Below, piece by piece: positions 58,300 to 64,000 of a DNA stretch of 64,000 bases (positions are counted from its first letter, which is position 1; every line of letters starts with the position of its first letter). The DNA comes from Planctomycetota bacterium (lineage in GTDB: Bacteria > Planctomycetota > B15-G4 > JADJEK01). Under the pieces are notes generated by a model. The model was not told the DNA's origin, did no database searches, and was given only the letters and a program-made list of their open reading frames with translations. The position numbers were made by a program, and so were the translations under genes. Location of the stretch: positions 56,633 to 120,632 of the forward strand of contig JBGAIQ010000016.1 in the NCBI GenBank assembly GCA_044225365.1. Reading direction: 5' to 3'.

Positions 58300-59958
58300 G
58301 TGTCCGTGGAAGGAAATCGCGAGATCGTCATCCGGTATCACGAGCGGACGAAGCACCACGTCGGGCGTTACGCCCGATCGCTCGGATTTCTCGATTGGGA
58401 CACGCAGCCGAACCCGTTCCGAACGTTCGACGGTTCACCACGAATCCTGCTCCAGGAGATCGAGGTAGGGAATCGGGGTGATCGTCCCCACTTCGACGAG
58501 ATCGTGCGCGAAGGCACCATCGCTCCCGAGCCAACGCGGCGCGAGTCGATATCGCAGTTCCTCTACGACAGTCTCGCGATCTCCGCGTGGAAGGGGATGG
58601 ACGACCATCGCTGGCCGCTGCGCTGCAATCCATCGAGCGGCAATCTCCATCCCACCGAGGGGTACGTGATCCTGCCCGCGATGGAGGAGTTCCTCGACAG
58701 TCCGGGGCTCTACCACTATCGAGCGTTGGACCATGCTCTCGAGCAACGGCGAGTGTTCCCTTCCGAGATCTTCGATCGCGCGATGGCGGGGCGCCCTGCG
58801 GGATCGTTCCTCGTCGGTCTCACCTCGATCCATTGGAGGGAAGCCTGGAAGTACGGCGAACGCGCGTTTCGCTACTGCCAGCACGACGTCGGGCACGCGA
58901 TCGCCGCGCTCTCCTACGCGGCGGGCGCTCTCGGCTGGCGCGTGCGCGCGGTGCGGGATCTCGGCGACGACGATCTCGCTCGTCTGCTCGCGATCGACGA
59001 CCAAGAGGGCCTCGAGGCCGAGCATCCGGACATCCTCCTCCTCGTCGAGCCGAGCACGGCGAGCGGCGAATCGTCGACGCCGAAGATCGATCGCGGCACG
59101 ATCGAGGCGATGGCGACGAGACCGCGACTCGGAGCGCGCAACACTCTCAGTCCGAGTCACGTGGAGTGGGACGCGATCGACGCGGTCGCGCTCGCGTCAC
59201 GACGCACCGCCGTCAGCTCATCTCCCGCTGTCGCGGAACCGCCTCACCGGTCCTTACCCGGACCGAGACGGACCATCTCCGCGCGCACTCTCTTCCGCCA
59301 ACGTCGCAGCGCCGTCGCGTTCGACGGCAAGACCGGGATCACGCGCGAAGCCTTCTTCGCGATCTGCGAGCGACTGATGCCGCGCGCGGGTCGCGTGCCC
59401 TTCTCGACTCTCGTCCAGCCGCCGGGCGTTGCGGCGATCCATCCTGTGTTCTTCGTGCATCGCGTCGCGGACTTGCCGCCGGGACTGTATTTCCTCGAGC
59501 GACGCGAAGGTGCGAAGGAGTCGTTCCGAGCGCATTCGCGGCGCCAGTTCACCTACGCGCGGCCCGAGGGCTGCGACGTATCCCTGCCGCTCTTCGAACT
59601 GCAGCGAGGCGACGTGAAGGCGGGCGCCCAATTCGTGTCGTGTCATCAGGACATCGCGAGCGACGGCGCCTTTGCCGTCGCCATGCTCGCGGAGTTCGAG
59701 GGGCGCATCCTCGACGTCGGACCTCACGCGTATCGTGAACTCCACTTCGAAGCCGGTGCGATCGGGCAGTCGCTCTACCTCGAGGCCGAGGCCCTTGGGA
59801 TCCGCGGCACCGGGATCGGCTGCTTCTTCGACGACGCAGCGCACGAATTGCTGGGCCTTCGAGGTCGCACGTTCCAGACCGTCTACCACTTCACCGTTGG
59901 CTTTCCGGTCGAGGACACGCGCCTGCAGGTGTTTCCGGCGTACGGGCCCAGGGTCTGA
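58300..59958 (+). CDS. SagB/ThcOx-family nitroreductase (two-domain)
   Basis: GTG after AGGAG; YHERTKH, LRCNPSSGNLHPTE.Y, WREAWKYGERAFRYC.HD.GH, RQRRSA, GTGIGCFFDD. Confidence 0.85.
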   Translation: MSVEGNREIVIRYHERTKHHVGRYARSLGFLDWDTQPNPFRTFDGSPRILLQEIEVGNRGDRPHFDEIVREGTIAPEPTRRESISQFLYDSLAISAWKGMDDHRWPLRCNPSSGNLHPTEGYVILPAMEEFLDSPGLYHYRALDHALEQRRVFPSEIFDRAMAGRPAGSFLVGLTSIHWREAWKYGERAFRYCQHDVGHAIAALSYAAGALGWRVRAVRDLGDDDLARLLAIDDQEGLEAEHPDILLLVEPSTASGESSTPKIDRGTIEAMATRPRLGARNTLSPSHVEWDAIDAVALASRRTAVSSSPAVAEPPHRSLPGPRRTISARTLFRQRRSAVAFDGKTGITREAFFAICERLMPRAGRVPFSTLVQPPGVAAIHPVFFVHRVADLPPGLYFLERREGAKESFRAHSRRQFTYARPEGCDVSLPLFELQRGDVKAGAQFVSCHQDIASDGAFAVAMLAEFEGRILDVGPHAYRELHFEAGAIGQSLYLEAEALGIRGTGIGCFFDDAAHELLGLRGRTFQTVYHFTVGFPVEDTRLQVFPAYGPRV

Positions 59959-59985
59959 GTAGCCGGATTCGGGTTCGCGATCGGT

Positions 59986-61902
59986 TCAATCCGCATCGAG
60001 GGTCGAGAACTCGATGACGCTCGCGAGCGTTGGCGCGTGGTAGACGAAGTGAGTCGCTGCCTGGAAGTCCTCGGGTCGCGCCTCGAAGATGTTGTCGACC
60101 CAGTGTTGCGGGTTGCGATCGATCAAGGGGAACCACGTGCTCTGAACCTGGATCATGACGCGATGTCCCTTCTTGAAGCGATGCAGCACGTCTTGAAGCG
60201 GGACGCGTACGAGGGTCGGCGTGTTCTTCGTGAAGGGCTTCGGATGAGCGTAGTCCTCGCGGAACCGGCCGCGGAACGCCTCGCTGCGCACCATCATCTC
60301 GTAGCCGCCGAGGTGCACTCCGGGAGGCAGATCGCCGACGTCCTTGGTGTCCGGTGGAAGCACGTCGATCAACTTCACGATCCAGTCGGCATCGTCCTGC
60401 GTGGTGGCCACGTAGAGACTCGCGGAGAGGGGTCCCGCGATCACGAGATCCTGTTCGAGTGGGTCAGTCGCATAGGTAAGGACGTCCTGGCGTCGCGACG
60501 CGAATCGCTGGTCCTCGACCATGTAGGGTCTGTCCATTCCGATCGTGATCGCCTGGGTGTAGGGGACCGGATGGGATGGATCGGAGACGAACGTATCGAT
60601 GGCGGTCGGATCTCCGTTGGGTGCGTCGGGCGTCAGCATTCCGTTCGCTCGCAGGAACAGCTTTGCGCTCCGGCTCTCCTTCGGCGGCCAGGTGTCGAAT
60701 CGATGCCAGTCGTTCTCGCCCGTCTCGAATACGTAGGCCTCGCGACCGTCGAAATCGCCTTCGCCCTTCAGGTGCTTCTTGAAGAAGGGGAGTTCGATCT
60801 GCGTGCGATAGTACTCCGAGGTCTTGGCGCCGAACGAGATCGCACCGAGTGATTCGCCGGGTGTGCGCGACCAACCGCCGTGGACCCATGGGCCCATCAC
60901 GAGTGCGTTGTAGATCCCGTCGTTCTGGGCCTCGACGGCGCGATAGACGTGGAGGGCGCCGAACAGGTCCTCGGCGTCGAACCAACCGCCGACCGTGAGT
61001 ACGGCGGGCGCGACGTTCGTGAGGCGCGGACGGAGATCGCGCTCCTGCCAGTATTCATCTCGGTTCGGGTGCTTCTCGAATTCGAGCCAGTACGGAACGC
61101 TGCCCTTGTAGTACTTCGCGTCCACGTTGGAGAGCGGGCCGAGATCGAGGAAGAACTGGTATCCGTCAGGGGTGCCGTGATCGAACGGCGTTCCCCACTC
61201 CTTCGTAGGTCCCTTTCGGGGATGGCCGAAGCCGGAATAGAAGTTGAAGAAGTGCGGCAGGAAGAACGCGCCGTGGTGGTGGAAGTCGTCGAAGAACCAA
61301 TCGGCGATCGGCGCCTGAGGGGATACGGCCCGGAGCGCGGGATGGGCGTCGATCATTCCGTACGCGGCATAGAATCCGGGATACGAGATGCCGAAGAGGC
61401 CGGCCTTTCCGTTGTTGTTCTCGACGTTCTTCACCAGCCATTCGATGGTGTCGTAGGTGTCGGTGCTCTCGTCGGTCGCGGTCTTCACCGACTTGTCCTT
61501 GCGCGACGGGCGGACGTCGACGAAGTCGCCCTCCGACATGAAGCAGCCACGAACGTCCTGCACGACCATGATGAAGAGGTCGCGATCGGCCTCTTTGCCA
61601 GGGCCGATCGTCTCCGGGAACTTGTCCTCCCCGTACGGACGACAACTGTAGGGAGTGCGACGCAGGAGGAACGGCCACTTCTTGCCGTGGTCCTTGGGGG
61701 TGTAGATCGCGGTGAAGAGATGGATGCCGTCACGCATCGGGATCATCGCTTCGCGCTTGTCGTAGAGCTTTGCGACCTCGGGAGCGGGCGCCGGTTGGGC
61801 TTGCGCGATTCGAGCGAGTGGCGCGGGTGGCGCCGCGCGCAGCGCGGCGGCGGGCGGCGGCGAGTGCAACAGAACGCAGAGAACAGAGAAGGCGAAGATC
61901 AT
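59986..61902 (-). CDS. CocE/NonD family hydrolase (alpha-amino acid ester hydrolase-like), exported
   Basis: IPMRDG..L, RTPY, QDVRG..MSEG, DTYDTIEWL, GISYPG nucleophile, GGWFDAED, GPW.HG, QSTWFPL.DRNPQ. Confidence 0.92.
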   Translation of the reverse strand: MIFAFSVLCVLLHSPPPAAALRAAPPAPLARIAQAQPAPAPEVAKLYDKREAMIPMRDGIHLFTAIYTPKDHGKKWPFLLRRTPYSCRPYGEDKFPETIGPGKEADRDLFIMVVQDVRGCFMSEGDFVDVRPSRKDKSVKTATDESTDTYDTIEWLVKNVENNNGKAGLFGISYPGFYAAYGMIDAHPALRAVSPQAPIADWFFDDFHHHGAFFLPHFFNFYSGFGHPRKGPTKEWGTPFDHGTPDGYQFFLDLGPLSNVDAKYYKGSVPYWLEFEKHPNRDEYWQERDLRPRLTNVAPAVLTVGGWFDAEDLFGALHVYRAVEAQNDGIYNALVMGPWVHGGWSRTPGESLGAISFGAKTSEYYRTQIELPFFKKHLKGEGDFDGREAYVFETGENDWHRFDTWPPKESRSAKLFLRANGMLTPDAPNGDPTAIDTFVSDPSHPVPYTQAITIGMDRPYMVEDQRFASRRQDVLTYATDPLEQDLVIAGPLSASLYVATTQDDADWIVKLIDVLPPDTKDVGDLPPGVHLGGYEMMVRSEAFRGRFREDYAHPKPFTKNTPTLVRVPLQDVLHRFKKGHRVMIQVQSTWFPLIDRNPQHWVDNIFEARPEDFQAATHFVYHAPTLASVIEFSTLDAD

Positions 61903-62045
61903 CGTTTCGATCGCTCCGATCCGGCCCCGATTCGCACGCTTGCGATGGCAGTGGCCGCACATCCTGACGGCCGCTTCCTTCGTTGAACAGGGGAAACGCC
62001 GTGCGAACGGTCCGTAGAATACGATGAACGAGCTGGAGGGTTGGC

Positions 62046-63986
62046 GTGCGACGAACTCTGCTTCTGGCCTTCGGACTGCTGCTCCCGATCGTGGCTCTTG
62101 CGGTCGTGGAAGTCTTGCTGCGCGCGCTCGACGTCGCGGCCGAGGAGTCCCAGGCAATCCACTTCGATGGCGCGATCGCGTCGGACGCGCCGGTCACCGT
62201 GTTCGATCGCGAAGTCCTGTACCGTCTCGCGCCGAACTCGAATCTGCTCGACTACTACGAAACCAACTCGAGGGGCTATCGCGGCAAGGACTTCGGTAAG
62301 AAGGAAGCGGGGGTGTTTCGGATCGCGACGGTCGGCGACTCGTGCACGTTCGGCCTCGGAGTGCCGGAGGACCTCACGTTTGCTCGCCGACTCGAACGCG
62401 CATTGAACGTCGCTTTCGAGGGGGTGCAGCGCTTCGACGTCGTCAACCTCGGAGTTCCTGGATACTCGTCGTTCCAGAACCGGCGACAGGTCGAGGACGA
62501 ACTCGCGCCGCTCGGCGTCGACCTCGTTCTGTTCATGCCGACCGGATACAACGATGGACTGCTCGCGAGGGCGGGCAGTGATGCAGCACTCGCGGATCGG
62601 TTCCACTCGTGGCGGTATCGGCTCGCGCAAATGCGGATCGCGCGCCTTGCGTTCGGCTCGCCGAAGGGCTTCGCGAGCGAGGGTGCGAAGCTCGCCATCT
62701 TCGAGCACGGCGAGCCCCGCGTCGCGATTCCCGACACCGCGCGAAACGTGATCCTGGCCTCGAGCGCGGCGCAGCGACTCGGGATCGCGTTCGTACTGCT
62801 GCGCGCGCCGCTCACGATCGCGCTGCAGAATGCGGATCCGACGCTTCGCGATCGCCATGCTCAGGTCGCAGAACTTGCGAGGGATCTTGTCGTCGCGGAT
62901 CCGACGTCGCGGTTCACGAAGTACGCTCCGTACTCTCTGCACGTCGACGTCATCCATCCGAGTGCCGAGGGTCATGAAATCCTCGCCGAACAGCTCCTGG
63001 CGACGCTGCTCGAAGCGAAACTCCTGCCGAAGTCGCCGCGCCGTGATTGGCTGCAGCACGAATTGTCTCCGCTCCTCGCCGCGAGCGGACCCGCGATTCG
63101 AGCGGACGACGCAACTCCGTCGACCGCCGCGAGCGAGGGCGAACCCTCGGAATATCGACGTCTCGTCGCGGCGCTGGGATCCACGCCACCCACGGTGGAT
63201 TCCGATGCTTCGGCCGTCGAATTCGATCCGCTCGTCGGGACGCATCGTGCGGAGTTCGAACTCGGCAGGCTTCGCCTCGTCGAACTCGCGCGATGGGTCG
63301 AACCGGGCGAGGATTCCGCCGCCGCGCGCGAACGAGCCGGTGCGATGGCTCGTGAGATCGCCGGCAACGTCGTGCTGCCCGATGTCTTCCACGACGCGTT
63401 GTTCACGCGAAGCGAGAGCGGGGCGGAGATCGCACCGACCCGTGATTCGGCCGTCGCGCGCGCTCGCGCGATCACGATCTTCCTGCGCAGCCTCGGCTTC
63501 GAGCGACTGCAGGTCGACGGTCGCGTCGCCCGCGCGGAGGCACTTGCGGAGTCGGATCCTGGGACCGCGTTGAAACTCCTCGAGGCCGCCGCGCCTCTCG
63601 CGCCGACTGCGTTCCTCGCGCGCGCGGTCAGGATCCATGCGCTTCGCAAGAGCGGCAAGATCGGTGAGGCGTACGAAGCGGCAAAGGAGCTCGAGGCTTC
63701 GCATCCGGAGGATCCGAGAGCGCTCGCGCAGGTCGGCATCCTCGCGCTCTTCCAGGCCAAGGTCGAAGAGGCGAAGGATCGACTCCGGCGCAGTCTCGTG
63801 CGGGATCCGGTCTCGGTCGAAGCGCATTACGGTCTCGCTCGCATCGCGCTCTTCGAGAGCGACTTCAAGGATGCGCTGTGGCATCTCGGAGCCGTCCGCG
63901 CGATCCAGCCGGGGCTGTTTCCCGACCTCGACGCGCTCACGCAGATGGCCAGCGCCCAGAAGCGCCTCGAGCGCATCAACCGCTAA
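62046..63986 (+). CDS. SGNH/GDSL hydrolase domain protein with C-terminal TPR-like repeats
   Basis: N-terminal TM helix; NSRGYRG, GDSCTFG, VNLGVPGYSS, G.ND, DVIHPS.EGH; helical repeats (EAHYGLARIA). Confidence 0.82.
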   Translation: MRRTLLLAFGLLLPIVALAVVEVLLRALDVAAEESQAIHFDGAIASDAPVTVFDREVLYRLAPNSNLLDYYETNSRGYRGKDFGKKEAGVFRIATVGDSCTFGLGVPEDLTFARRLERALNVAFEGVQRFDVVNLGVPGYSSFQNRRQVEDELAPLGVDLVLFMPTGYNDGLLARAGSDAALADRFHSWRYRLAQMRIARLAFGSPKGFASEGAKLAIFEHGEPRVAIPDTARNVILASSAAQRLGIAFVLLRAPLTIALQNADPTLRDRHAQVAELARDLVVADPTSRFTKYAPYSLHVDVIHPSAEGHEILAEQLLATLLEAKLLPKSPRRDWLQHELSPLLAASGPAIRADDATPSTAASEGEPSEYRRLVAALGSTPPTVDSDASAVEFDPLVGTHRAEFELGRLRLVELARWVEPGEDSAAARERAGAMAREIAGNVVLPDVFHDALFTRSESGAEIAPTRDSAVARARAITIFLRSLGFERLQVDGRVARAEALAESDPGTALKLLEAAAPLAPTAFLARAVRIHALRKSGKIGEAYEAAKELEASHPEDPRALAQVGILALFQAKVEEAKDRLRRSLVRDPVSVEAHYGLARIALFESDFKDALWHLGAVRAIQPGLFPDLDALTQMASAQKRLERINR

Positions 63987-64000
63987 GGGGAGCACCGCCG

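Noticed and set aside
58300-59958. SagB-type gene as a sign of a thiazole/oxazole RiPP cluster
   Set aside because: No YcaO, precursor peptide or transporter nearby; it looks like a stand-alone nitroreductase.

Overview
GC-rich (roughly 67-68% by eye), gene-dense bacterial DNA, most likely from a Planctomycetota genome: it carries a DUF1501 / planctomycete cytochrome c-WD40 / DUF1549-DUF1553 cluster. About 46 protein genes are supportable. They include housekeeping genes (DEAD-box helicase, argS, apaG, ychF, cysD-cysNC, cutC, pilT), cell-wall enzymes (NamZ/DUF1343, DacB) and many exported hydrolases or repeat proteins. I saw no rRNA, tRNA, CRISPR array or transposase. The strongest leads are: (1) three unrelated exported proteins (S1 protease, Ig-like protein, FG-GAP protein) end in the same gaplessly alignable 24-residue motif, and a decayed fourth copy lies in the next intergenic gap, suggesting a modular C-terminal sorting or anchoring domain; (2) an exported dipeptidyl peptidase III with eukaryote-type HELLGH/EECRAE motifs; (3) an ArgRS with a PheT-B2/Trbp111-like OB fold inserted in its catalytic domain; (4) a propeller/di-heme cytochrome c protein with a Kelch propeller between its two hemes; (5) a BIME-like direct/inverted repeat mosaic at 25 kb; (6) a convergent Ddl-like ligase and zinc peptidase pair. 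All family calls come from motif recognition, not database searches. Many start codons were re-chosen relative to the ORF track.
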